A stretch of DNA of 63,958 bases, counting the filler, from Choristocarpus tenellus KU-1152 (Eukaryota > Protista > Phaeophyceae): NCBI GenBank assembly GCA_964200185.2. It is 11 parts of 11 records of this genome, joined end to end, with 100 filler letters (N's around TTAATTAATTAA, not from the genome) between each part and the next. Parts side by side here need not be neighbours in the genome. Positions count along the whole stretch, not along the records: positions 10,665 to 18,679 come from CAXNAD020005266.1; positions 18,780 to 21,353 come from CAXNAD020026647.1; positions 21,454 to 28,949 come from CAXNAD020006070.1; 8 more parts are not named here. One strand, written 5' to 3'. Both the position numbers and the translations under genes were made by a program. Positions 10,789 through 22,157 of this stretch are shown here, piece by piece (positions within the stretch are counted from its first letter, which is position 1; each line of letters opens with the position of its first letter). The notes under the pieces are model-generated. The model searched no databases, was not told the origin of the DNA, and saw nothing but the letters and a program-made list of their open reading frames with translations.

Positions 10789-13404
10789 ACGAAAAAAACC
10801 CGGCTTGATTCTTCTTCAGCTTTGCCTCCTCTAATTTATCTTCTTCCATCAACTCCCTATCTGCCTTCTCCTTGTAGTGAATCCCAGGCTCCCAGCCAGT
10901 AGGTCCAAGCATTTCAAGATTTTCTTCCAACATTTTTTTTTCTAGGGTCATGCCCATAGCGAACCTTAGCAATCAGTATGCAGACCAACAACAGCGGAAA
11001 AGAGAAGGGTGGGGGTTTTGTACTACTTAGAGGTTAGCACTAGCTTATGACCACTGGTGGTGCTCTGCATACTGATCAGATAAAATCAAAAGCTCGTTCA
11101 AATTATGTTGGTAAGCGAGGGATGAATCGTTTTGATACTGATACGATGTGTGATCAAATCAACCAAATTGGCTACACCCAATGCGTTGAACATAAAGTAA
11201 AGCAGTAGAGGAGATACCGTATGTAACAAAATTTGATAATGAAAACAGTGTTAAATTGAGAGGTATGATGCCATCAAATTCTACCAAAGAAAAGGCGTTT
11301 CATGTTGTATTATCTAATACTTGGCACGAAAAAAATGTATTTGGGACTGATCACTTATTTGATGATTGAACAGTGAGGAAGTCTTCATCCTATCGCAACA
11401 TTATATCCACTGCTACGGTGTATGAATGGTGTTTAGTACAAGGCCACTACACAGGACCACATGATATACCAATTTTCCGGTGTAATTGCAACAATGTACC
11501 TGCATATATACAACTGACTAGTTATGGTAAAGAAATAATCTTGAACGAAAGGCAATATTCTTCCTATACATCATAATTCCCCAACCTTAAGGCCTCCTGG
11601 AAGTAGCAGGATACATGGGGTAAGAGACTTAAACCGAACACTAACCTGGAATAGTGAACAATACCCCTCTATAAACACATTGGTCTGAAACAATATGGAC
11701 AGATGCCAACACTCGACTCAATCACCATTTCATATGTAATAGATCTAACCTTATTATTACGATCTTATACCCTACTTTTCGATATCCTACAATGGTTGGT
11801 GAATCATCCAATTGCTCTTGAATCTACATGATGGATAATGGCCTTCTAAAAGGCCCAACCTCTGACTAGCGACCCAAGGTCAAAATCTATGAGACCTCTC
11901 TATATGTCCCTCAATAGACTTACATGAAGCGGTTGAGATAGCCCATGACAGTGGTGGTGTTCACAACAGCCTCTTGCTCCACCTCCGTGAAGTGTGTGGC
12001 CAGGGCTATGATGTCTTCCTGGGTAACTGTGCCCGGGATTGGACTCACTTTCTTCGCAATGTTTATGGCAGCCAACTCACGTGGCGAGAAAATATCTGGG
12101 GAGGGAGCCATAGCTGCGGCATTCTTATCGATAGCTATCTTACATCCTCGTAGGAATGAACCCATCATCATTGTGTGCGCAGAACAATAGTTGCAGCCAA
12201 AGGCCCGTGAAGATGTGTAAGCCGTAATGCTTGCGAATCGAAGGGTAGAAGTGGGACATCAACAGGGAATAGAGTGGTGAGGAATTGTTTTTTGACCAGG
12301 ACAGTGATGGATGGAGCAATAAACACAATCAATGCATGCAACTTTGAGGAACCATTAGGTATTGCGAGAAGAGAAATGGGACCCACCCACTCCTAGAAGC
12401 TCTTCATACGTAGTAGGTAGAAGACTCCAACTAGTGTAGAGAAATAGTATTGTTGATGTTCAAGCACCAACAATAGACAGGCCACTCTGATGAAATCTTG
12501 TGATCCCTCTTTCCATTCGCGTACAAGGTTTTACCCCACAACATGTGTTCAATCCGAACAACCATTTCATTGGCAGTAAGTATTTCAACACTTCATCCCT
12601 TCAGAAAAAACCTACACTAGGAGACAGTAACAAATTCTCATTGTGAAGTTCCTGTTTAGAACCACAACTTGGTCGTGGTAGAGTCTGTCTACGACTGAGA
12701 GTGCCTCTGCTACCGTTCCTAGTACTTGGGAAGCACAGAGTACTTACGAGATCTAACTTTAAAATTACTAGGGTGAAAACGGTGTGAGACCCAGACGTTG
12801 TGAATTCCTCACCTTCGAAGGACGGGGTCGATTGAACCAAGGTTGAGGTCAGTGGCAGGAATGTTGAGCAAGTTGGCCACCAGGACGTGGTAGGTCTCAT
12901 GTGCAGGCGGCCAGACCTCAAAATATTGGGAGGCTCTGGGAGCTACTCCTGAAGTGGAATTGAAGATCGAGGTTAAATTCAAGCAAAAATGATGCAGGGT
13001 GGATATTTCGATCTTTCCACAGAATCCCGCATCCCTGGCGGGGGTGAGGGCGAAAAACACACAACATCGGTTCAGGTTCCAGAAAACATGAAATACAAAG
13101 AGATGTGCTGGGAGAACAGTGACTCGAGATGCTTGTGGTACTTAGTTCGAAGGAAAGCGAGATCAATCTGGACTGTCACAATACCACGAACGATAATCAA
13201 GATGGTTAGGTATGCGAGGGAAAAAGTATCGAGTAGGTACCTTCAGAATTACGCACCAAGAATTCGTGTGACCATGCCAATCACAGAGCCATCAATCTTG
13301 CGAATGTGGTCCATTGGGACACGGTGAGGTCGCAACGCATACTCCAGTGTGCCCTTTTCGTGTTCCTGGGCATCACCCATCACATTTTGCTGGACCTCAT
13401 CCAT
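10789..13404 (-). CDS. AhpD/carboxymuconolactone-decarboxylase-fold (alkylhydroperoxidase-like) protein, 3'-truncated by contig end (exons 13404-13257, 12948-12813, 12229-11924, 10964-10789)
   Basis: Phase-consistent GT-AG exons give MDEVQQ...TRILGVAPRASQYFEVWPPAHETYHVLVANLLNIP...AYTSSRAFGCNYCSAHTM...FSPRELAAINIAKKVSPIPGTVTQEDIIALATHFTEVEQEAVVNTTTVMGYLNRFMFAMGMTLE...GPTGWEPG. The CxxC..H motif and the FSxRExAA...HF..E....MGxLNRF pattern are typical of AhpD-like proteins. Confidence 0.85.
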
Positions 13405-14000
13405 GGTGTAGGTAAGAGTGAGATGAGGTTTAACACTTGTAATGGGTGATTAAACTCTATCACAACACCTTCAAGAATACAGCACAATACAGGAACAATG
13501 GAATATTTACCGACATGTTTGGAGCAAAGTTTCAAATTTGCGTTCGATATTTGTCGAATTCCTATTATTATATAGGTTATAGATTAACCAGCCCTCTAAC
13601 ATTTTGGAGATGTGTCAGGGAAACTCCTGTTATTCATCATGCCAGTAAAGGCATAGAGAGGTATTACCATCTATTGTTGACCCTGGAACAACTTCTGAAT
13701 GACAAATGTTAACATATACATTCTTTTTGTAGATTATACACAAATTCGACACCACCACCAACATAAATAGAAGCATTTCTTACGCTGCTATCTAATCCTG
13801 AATTTTCCACTTGCACCCATTCGCCATCTTCAAAGTTGGCACTAAATAATGCTGTATGATCCTAACCATTGATCCATAATAATGTTAGAAAATCATTTGA
13901 AAATGTATTACTAATATTATTATTCCCTTTGACATACTCAATTTTTTTAGGGAAAGAGCCAAACCATTATGACAAGTATCCCTGAAAAACAGTTGTATAC

Positions 14001-14732
14001 ATTCCTCTATTCCGTAAGTCTGTGTCGTTACGGTTTCTTGTTAAGAGCTATTCAAATGTGGGATTCAGAAAACACAAATAATATCATTCGAAAGCCAACA
14101 AGTCCGGGTTGAACATAGATATCTTCAAAATATTTTTGCATTTGGAAATGGTTGAGAAACCACCCCCTAATTATATATTTTTTAAATGGGAGATTTATAA
14201 AAAAAAGAGCAAAATCGGACAATAGTGACTGGAAATGATGGTAAATCGGTCATAACATCTCAAATACATCTCCAATGAAGACGCAGTTAGTTGTGTTGGA
14301 TTCCTTGGCGTTTCTTGCACTTTATTGATGACTCGTCACTGTCATTCCCTCCCTCAACCCACCAAGTTGTGGCCGCGTTGTACGCGTCTCTGACAATCGG
14401 GGCCAAGTGATCCAGAACATCCCCAGGAGAGAGGAATCCAACGCAACCGTATCTTCATCAGAGGTCTCGTTGAGACGTTATGGTCGATTAACCATCATTT
14501 CCAGTCACTTTTGTCCGGTTTTGCTCTTTTTGCCAAATCTCCCATTTCCGAAAAAAAATTGTGTTCAGGGGACGGTTTCTCAATCATTTCGAAATGAAAA
14601 AATATTTTGAAGATATCTATGCGCAGCCGGAAATTTTTGACTTTCGATCGATATTATTTGTTTTTCAGAATCCCATACTTGAAGATATTAACAAGAAACC
14701 GTAACGATACAGACTTACTGGAATAGAGGAAT
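14001..14732. mobile_element. Foldback/MITE-like element with ~300-bp imperfect inverted arms
   Basis: 14001-14305 (ATTCCTCTATTCCGTAAGTCTGTGTCGTTACGG...) is the reverse complement of 14432-14732 (...CCGTAACGATACAGACTTACTGGAATAGAGGAAT). Confidence 0.85.
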
Positions 14733-16019
14733 ATGTTATTATGCCCAGTTGTCATAAATGTGAGACACTATTTCCTCTGACATTTTGCACATGTGTCAGA
14801 GAAAAAGTCAGGCCAACATCATAAGGACCATTGCAAAAGTAACGAATATACCTTCAACAATATCTAGTTTTTGAGAGGTACCTTTTATATTACCGACAGC
14901 TGTTATTTTCAGAGGGGTCTTCGTGATACACGTTTTTCTTTTTTTCTGACACATCTACAAAATGTCAGAGATCATAATAAAAAGATTCCTCTCCATTTAT
15001 TATCTTTCTTGTCATACATACCATTATATAGCCGGCTAACTGAAGGCCAAAAAAAAAAAACGAAACGGTCCATGACGTCTTGGTTGCCCAGATCTCTGAC
15101 AGAGACGATACTGGTGACTAAGTTTCCCTTGGACTGTGCTAGAAACGATACCTACATAAGCACTACATATGTATCATAGGAAGTTTAGAAGTATAGCAGC
15201 GTACACATTGCTTTCTAGTGAACGGCCTTTAACGGGACATTGTTGTATTCTTAGTTTTGGTATTTTATTTAGAGGGGTGAGTCCCTTACCATTGACAGTT
15301 GTATTTATAGTAGTCCTTAATAAAAAATAGTTCGTGATTTTGCCCTATACACCATCACCTGCAAAATATGTCAGAGAACATAATGTATCATATGTCATTT
15401 GATTTGCTCACAATTTCTGGATTAATTTGTTAGCCTCGTCTTAGCCATCCATCCACTCTATTCCTCCTCAACCAACGCCACACCACTTCTCACCACACCA
15501 CCCTCCCCAGACTATCCTCGACAACATATAAACATGTGGCCAAATTTCTGCATATCCAGTCACCAACCGTAGCAGCCAATTTCCGGGTACCCAACGTGGC
15601 CAATTGGCACATATCCACTCATCAACCAATGTGACTGATTTCTCCACACCCAACGCTACCGATTTCCGCGTATCCCTTGTCATCCTTTTTTTTCGCTTTT
15701 TCGCACAGATTTTCGAAATTCTAACCCCATCTCTAACCCTAACCCTCACTTGTGTGTGAAAAATATCCCTAACCAGCCAAGGAAACGTTCTAGAAAAAAC
15801 GGTGGAGGATTATAGTGTGCACTGGGAACTACAACCTCTCAAGGATCCACCACGTTTCGCTTTTTCACACTCTTTTTTTGGATAATCCAACCCTAACCCT
15901 AACCTGTGTCTGAAAAACAACCTAAAGCTTAGTTGAAGAAGTGAAAAAGTACGACAGTGGGGGTTCCCCAAGGACAGTGGGGACTCCCCAAGGACAGTGG
16001 TTACTCCCGAAGACAGGGG

Positions 16020-16912
16020 AGGGAAGCATCCCAAGCATCTGATAGGCCCCTCCTTACGCATCTGCCTGGCGTCTCCAGATTGAAATGCGTGACACGTCTC
16101 GAGAGAGCCACTTGTGTAGTGACAGACACTATCTGTCGTATGTAGGATTTGACAGCCGCCCCTTTCCTGCTAAGACCTCCCGCCCCTCTATCACTACTGC
16201 ATGTGTGGCCAACTCATCCAGAAAATATTCTGCTTACATACTGAGGAGCTCAAAACCTTCCACCACGAAGGTGTTGAAGTTACAACTACGAGGATATCAT
16301 ATATTATTATGCACTCTGAAATTTCGCAGATACGTCAAGGGAAAAACAATGAAAACCATTCAAATGTCAAAAAAGTAACAATTGTCGTAAACGGGAAAGA
16401 CATTTTTCTATCATCCTTTTACGATTTTACTACCAGTTAAGCTACACCACTGCCATCCTGTGCCTCCAACCTAGCTTTGTCCTGCACCCCAGGGTAAGGA
16501 GGTAGGGAAGCATCCCAAGAATCTAACAAGCCCCTCCTTGCCCATCTCCCTGGAGTCTCCAGGTTAAAACGCATGGCACGTCTAGAGAGAGCTTCTTGTG
16601 TTGTGACAGACACTATCTGTCGTAGACGGGATCTGTCAGCCCCTTCCCTGCTGTAGCCTCCCAACCCTTTCTCGCCCCTACTTACTGCGCACGTAGTCAA
16701 CTCACTCAGAATACCTTTGCTTGCTTACCGAGCCGCCCAAAACCTTTCACTGCAAAGGTGTTGAAGTTGTAACTTATAATGCCCCTCCGACATTTTGCAA
16801 ATGTACCAGGGAAAAGGTCAAACCAATATTACGACGACCCCTGTAAAAGTAGCAGTTGTCGTAAATGGGAAGGATATCCCTCTAAAATCTATTTCTCAAT
16901 CTGAATACCAGT
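16020..16912. repeat. Diverged tandem duplication, ~485-bp period
   Basis: AGGGAAGCATCCCAAG...GTGACAGACACTATCTGTCGTA...GTTGTCGTAAA(C/T)GGGA occurs at 16020 and 16504. Confidence 0.85.
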
Positions 16913-17798
16913 TGCACTACAAACACCCCCTTAAAGCCTGGTAACTAGAGTGTTATGTGTACACTATGCCCTCCAACCTAGTTTAGCCGTACCCAACTGG
17001 GCGTAAGTAGCCACATCCCAGCATAATGCTCTAAGTGGTACATAATTACTACTTACCGCTGGACTTCATGGTTATATATCAATTTGATCCCTGAATTCCT
17101 ACGTTCTTTAACTCACTCTGTACCTGAAACGCTTGGGCTGACTAAGAATTAGACTCGATTATCTCTTCCGTATTTTTTAAAGATATAAAAACCCTGGCAC
17201 CTCGTTTTACAGTTTTTCATCGTTAGGTGGTGGCCCCTCTTCAGACCTCGACTTCACTCTGCTATAAGTGTACCTTGACGCACAACTGAATAGGATATAT
17301 AGTTAATACATCCACAAAATATTCCGCAAGGGAACACCCCTCTGCTCAGAGCATGCACCACCATCCTGAACCACAACACTGAATAGTGTTGTACCTTACA
17401 GTATTCAATCAACCTCTTCACATAGTACATTTCAAGATTTATCGCCCTGAATTCCACCAGTCCTTCAGTACACCGGGTCACCCCTTCGCTCTGTAAGACT
17501 CCAACCCCTCTACACGGACGAATTTCACGGGAACAAACGATTAAAGCAATTAAAGGTTTTAACAGGATATGAGCCTTCTATACCAAACCAACCCGCACCA
17601 CGCCGTCATTGTGTTCTACCCCTACGTCTCTTGCGCGTCCACTGCTAAAGGTCTTCACCAGTTTTCAGACTATTTTATGATGTATTAACCCTCCAACTAC
17701 TTGATATTCTACCAAGCATATTTCTACACAGTAAAGGGCAGAATATAGTTTTACAATATATCTGGTTTTATGGTTCATGGAGGTCTATATCAGTCATT

Positions 17799-17829
<31 letters not shown>

Positions 17830-18931
17830 TCTGTTACACTTTTTTTTCAATACTCAAACATATTAGTAGATGTTCCTTGTTTTGAAGATAAATGTCAATG
17901 GTAGGATAAGTATATACCCTCCAATTTCATTTCAAAGCACCAACTCTTTCATAATAATAGTGAATGTATGTGGTGAGGTGTGTCCAGTATTGGACAGGAA
18001 AAAGGACAGAAGGGAGGATTGAATTCTGTTGACACTGTTAGTAAAGTTTGTCAAAATCACGAAGTTTGTGTCTCTAGGTAAGTAGGAAGGAGATGTAGGC
18101 TTTGCGCTGAGCAATTGACTCTTTTGTCAGTCTTAGAGGACAAACGCACGTGAAGATGACTCCAAATGCATCCCGTTTACTCGTGCGTTAATCATCCCTC
18201 AAAGTTGAGCCAATCCCTCCGGAACTCTACTTGAAAGGCCCACAGTAGTTTGAAATGTGCTTGGGAAAAAGTTTTCCCTCTGGTTTCAAGAAATGATTGC
18301 TGTATATTCGTCCGAGCTCAGTGGTGTTATTTGCAGTGTGTTCGTACCCCAGCTACTCTCCTTCCCACTCCCAGACTGACATCCACCCGTGTATTTTACC
18401 AGGTCGGTAATGTCCGTTACACTACCATCGTTCCAAGGGTCGTCGGTGGTGGGTGAGAGCTCTAAATCCGCCTAGCTGGTCGATGCCTGGATTTTGCTCT
18501 GCGTGTGAGGGCTAGGCGGGAAGCTGGGTGTCGGGAAGGCCACTGTTACTCAATACAACAAGATGATGTCATCGGATAAAGATGTAGTAGAGAAAAGGTT
18601 GAAGAAGTGGGAGGTGGCTGTTAAAGTATCCCCAAAATCATCAAAGAGGATAAAGGTGATAAACCCGGCGAGATTGCTTNNNNNNNNNNNNNNNNNNNNN
18701 NNNNNNNNNNNNNNNNNNNNNNNTTAATTAATTAANNNNNNNNNNNNNNNNNNNNNNNNNNNNNNNNNNNNNNNNNNNNTTTTTTGTGAGGGAGGCTGGT
18801 GGGGGGGGGGGGGGGGGGGGGGGGGGGTTCAGTCCTTTGGAGTTTTGAAGTCTTTTTGTACCTTCTGCAGTATACATATTACATCATATACATGCATGGA
18901 ATGCATTTAACCCCCTTGTAGTATAAGGGGG

Positions 18932-19166
18932 TGTTGGTGTTGAATAAGATTAACTGTTGGTGTTGAATAAGATTAACTGTTGGTGTTGAATAAGATTAAC
19001 TGTTGGTGTTGAATAAGATTAACTGTGGGTGTTGAATAAGATTAACTGTGGGTGTTAAAATAAGTTAAATGAGATTAACTGTTGGTGTTGAATAAGATTA
19101 ACTGTGGGTGTTAAAAAAAGTTAAATGAGATTAACTGTTGGTGTTGAAGTTAGTAAGATTAACTGC
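18932..19166. repeat. 23-bp minisatellite TGTTGGTGTTGAATAAGATTAAC, ~9 units
   Basis: Direct tandem units without spacers. Confidence 0.92.
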
Positions 19167-19516
19167 CAAGACACTATAGAAAGCTTAGATTGCCCTCCTC
19201 CCACAGTGATGAAGACATGTATGTTTGAAGATGATACCCTTATGAAGATGGTCAATGGGACCCTTAGCACTCAAATGATACCCTCCTCTTATGTTGGTTA
19301 GATGGTGGGTGTGACATCACTCTCTTGTGTTAGAATTGCTGACTGTATTAGGCAGGGAGCGGATGCGTGCTGTGATTGATAGTATTGATATTATTGATAC
19401 TATTTTATTATTTCACTACGTATGGTGTTTGTTTTATTCAAATCAATCAATCAATCAATCAACTGTTCCTTTTGATGCTTTTGATGATGGTCAAAACACA
19501 TTTTTTTTCTGTGCAG

Positions 19517-20993
19517 GTTGTGTCATTGGTCGATACCGAGCCAACTCCTTTGCCTGGGAATGAGAAGGCCAATGACATTTTGTACCTGATGCAGGCAAGT
19601 CTTAACTTGGACAACATCACTGCTACTACTACTACTACAACTGTTATTATTATTTGTAGTAGTAGTAGTAGTAGTATCATCACTCTCAAAAGTCACTGGT
19701 AGGAAATTTGAGGTTTCTCTTAAGGGGAATCTCTTGAGGTTGATAGATTCCAAAATGAGGTGAGGTATTACTAGCTCTTGGAATGAGTGCTGTGTTGTGT
19801 GTAGTGTGTAGGAGTGTGTACAGGTTACAAGTTTATACTCTATTGTACAATGGTAATATACGATGGAGTATTTTGCTCGAGAAAGAGGGAATTTTCTTTT
19901 TAATTTGAAATTAAATAAATTTAATATTGACAATGCTAAAAAATATATATTTTTTTTTTAGATTTGACATTTATCATCTAAAATTTTATTTGTTTTCTTT
20001 TTTTTCAGTCCAGTGGGGGTTTACCTCCATTCTGACTTAAAAAACAGAAATAATTTTGTAAAATAGCTGAAGTATGTTGGGTTAGGGTTAGGGGTAGATG
20101 ATGTGTTCCACGAGAAAATGTGTTGTTGCTAAGGGTTAGGGTTAGAAACAGTGTATTAATTAACCAATGATGATTTGTTGTTAAATTTTTAGTAATAGTA
20201 TCTTTGGCTCCAGTTACCAACCAGCTTTCTCATTGTTTTTAGCTTTCTGCACACTCACATTAGCACACAATCATTTGAATCATAGATATGTATATTATTA
20301 TTATTGTTATTATTATATATTTATGTACTACTATGATGTAGTGTATTTAAGAAATCAAGGTCTCTATTTTTTTTACTTGTGTGTGACTTCATACGTCCTT
20401 ACTTTTTTGTTCTTTTTTAGATTAGGAATTTTCTGTATATGCATGTGTGTGTATATCTTTATTAATGGTGTATGTACAGTATATATTTGGCATCACCAAG
20501 AGGCCTGGTGAGTTTTTAACTGAGGAATAATGCATTCGTTAACTCTTTTTTTTATGATACTTTGAATTAGAAATACCTACTCTCTTTGTCTTTAAAAGTA
20601 TAATTAGATCATACAAGTGCAGAAATGATGTAGCGACAAGGTTGAGGTTTGTAGAGATGTGTATTGGGATTTATGTTGAGTGCATACATGGTGTAGGTGG
20701 AATTAGTGGGAGGGGGACATGAGTTAGTAGGGAAGTACAATAGTTTAGATTCTTCTATTATTATTGTTCTTATTCAATACATGTTTTTCCTGTTCTTGTT
20801 CATTTAGATTCTTCTATTATTATTGTTCTTTGATTTTTCCTGTGGTTTATATTGCTGCCATTTTTTTTTTAACGACCAGGCGTTAATAAAGAGCCTCAAG
20901 GATTGGAAGGAAAACAGCCTCGAGTCTGCGAGTTTCACTAATGGGGCCTGGTCTCTTGTTTTGGAGAGTCTTCCCTTCATCAAACGTACTCAG
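19517..20993 (+). CDS. Two internal exons of an unknown gene (19517-19594, 20880-20993)
   Basis: Pyrimidine-rich CAG acceptors, phase 0: VVSLVDTEPTPLPGNEKANDILYLMQ / ALIKSLKDWKENSLESASFTNGAWSLVLESLPFIKRTQ. The first donor is CAG|GCAAGT. Confidence 0.6.
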
Positions 20994-22157
20994 GTGTTCC
21001 TGTCATCTCCTGCCAACTCACAACCTGGAAGGTGCAGAAAGAGTGTCCTCTGCATGTCTGTCTCTACCCATGTTTCATTATTTTTTACACTTAAAGTATT
21101 CAGTTGGGTGTGGTGGTTTGATTTTGGTAGGTGTGCCATCTGATACAAGATTTATTATTCATGATTACTTGTACTATTAATATTCCAGGTACTGCAATAC
21201 AGAGAGATTGATCTGTGATATGCCATTCAAAGACAGAGGGTTGTAGCCAACATTACTATTTCAGGTCAGGTCACAGACTCCACACAATCACTCCCCCCCC
21301 CCTCCACAGAAGTCCAATTCCCCTTTAACCCCTGTACCTGCCCCTCACCAAACNNNNNNNNNNNNNNNNNNNNNNNNNNNNNNNNNNNNNNNNNNNNTTA
21401 ATTAATTAANNNNNNNNNNNNNNNNNNNNNNNNNNNNNNNNNNNNNNNNNNNNGGACATCGGGGTTGGGGGGGAACATGAAGGTGGAGTGAAGAGGAAGG
21501 TATGAACAGACCTTTAATGAGAAGCGGAGAACATGTTCAAATTTGCAAGGTTCGTCCCTGACCAGGGAATAGAGTTGGTATCAAGCACTTGTCTGTAAGA
21601 TTCGATATCGGGGTGTCCAAAAACTCACGCCCAGCGGTTTCTGGCTTGCCTTGAAAGTCGATCATGGGGCTAATAAACAATAGCCAGGCAGAACAGAGCG
21701 CAGCTCCCTTCAGAGCCGTCTCCAGTTCAATGCTAGCCTCATCTCTACCTATATCTCCTCCAACGCTTGCACCTCTCACTCCGACAGTTCCCACCATCCC
21801 TACGCCTTGCAACGTGGCAAAACGCCCGTCTGTATTTATGTAGAAGGGGTTGAAGGGATGGAACTCTGAATATTAGGTTTGCTTGACCAACCCTTTGTCG
21901 GCTTGGTCTTGACCAATATCCTCTACTATCAATCCGTCATTCAATCTATTCCCATTCCCCAAGCCTGTTGTAATGAATGCCCTCACTCAACTTTCGACAA
22001 GAGAACAATATCTACAACAATCACTTTTAAATTCTGTTAGGGGCGTTTATAAAGAATTGTAAAGGCTAATCTTCTTAGAGATACCAGATCGAGCCAGTGT
22101 GATTGTCGCGTCTTCTGCTCGCACTACTTTTGTCTTTGTACAGGTCCGCTTGTCGTC

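Noticed and set aside
18563-18679. Possible first exon MMSSDKDVVEKRLKKWEVAVKVSPKSSKRIK
   Set aside because: Too short and cut by the contig end; no supporting motif.
18932-19166. CRISPR-like array
   Set aside because: The 23-bp units abut directly with no unique spacers; eukaryotic context, no cas genes.
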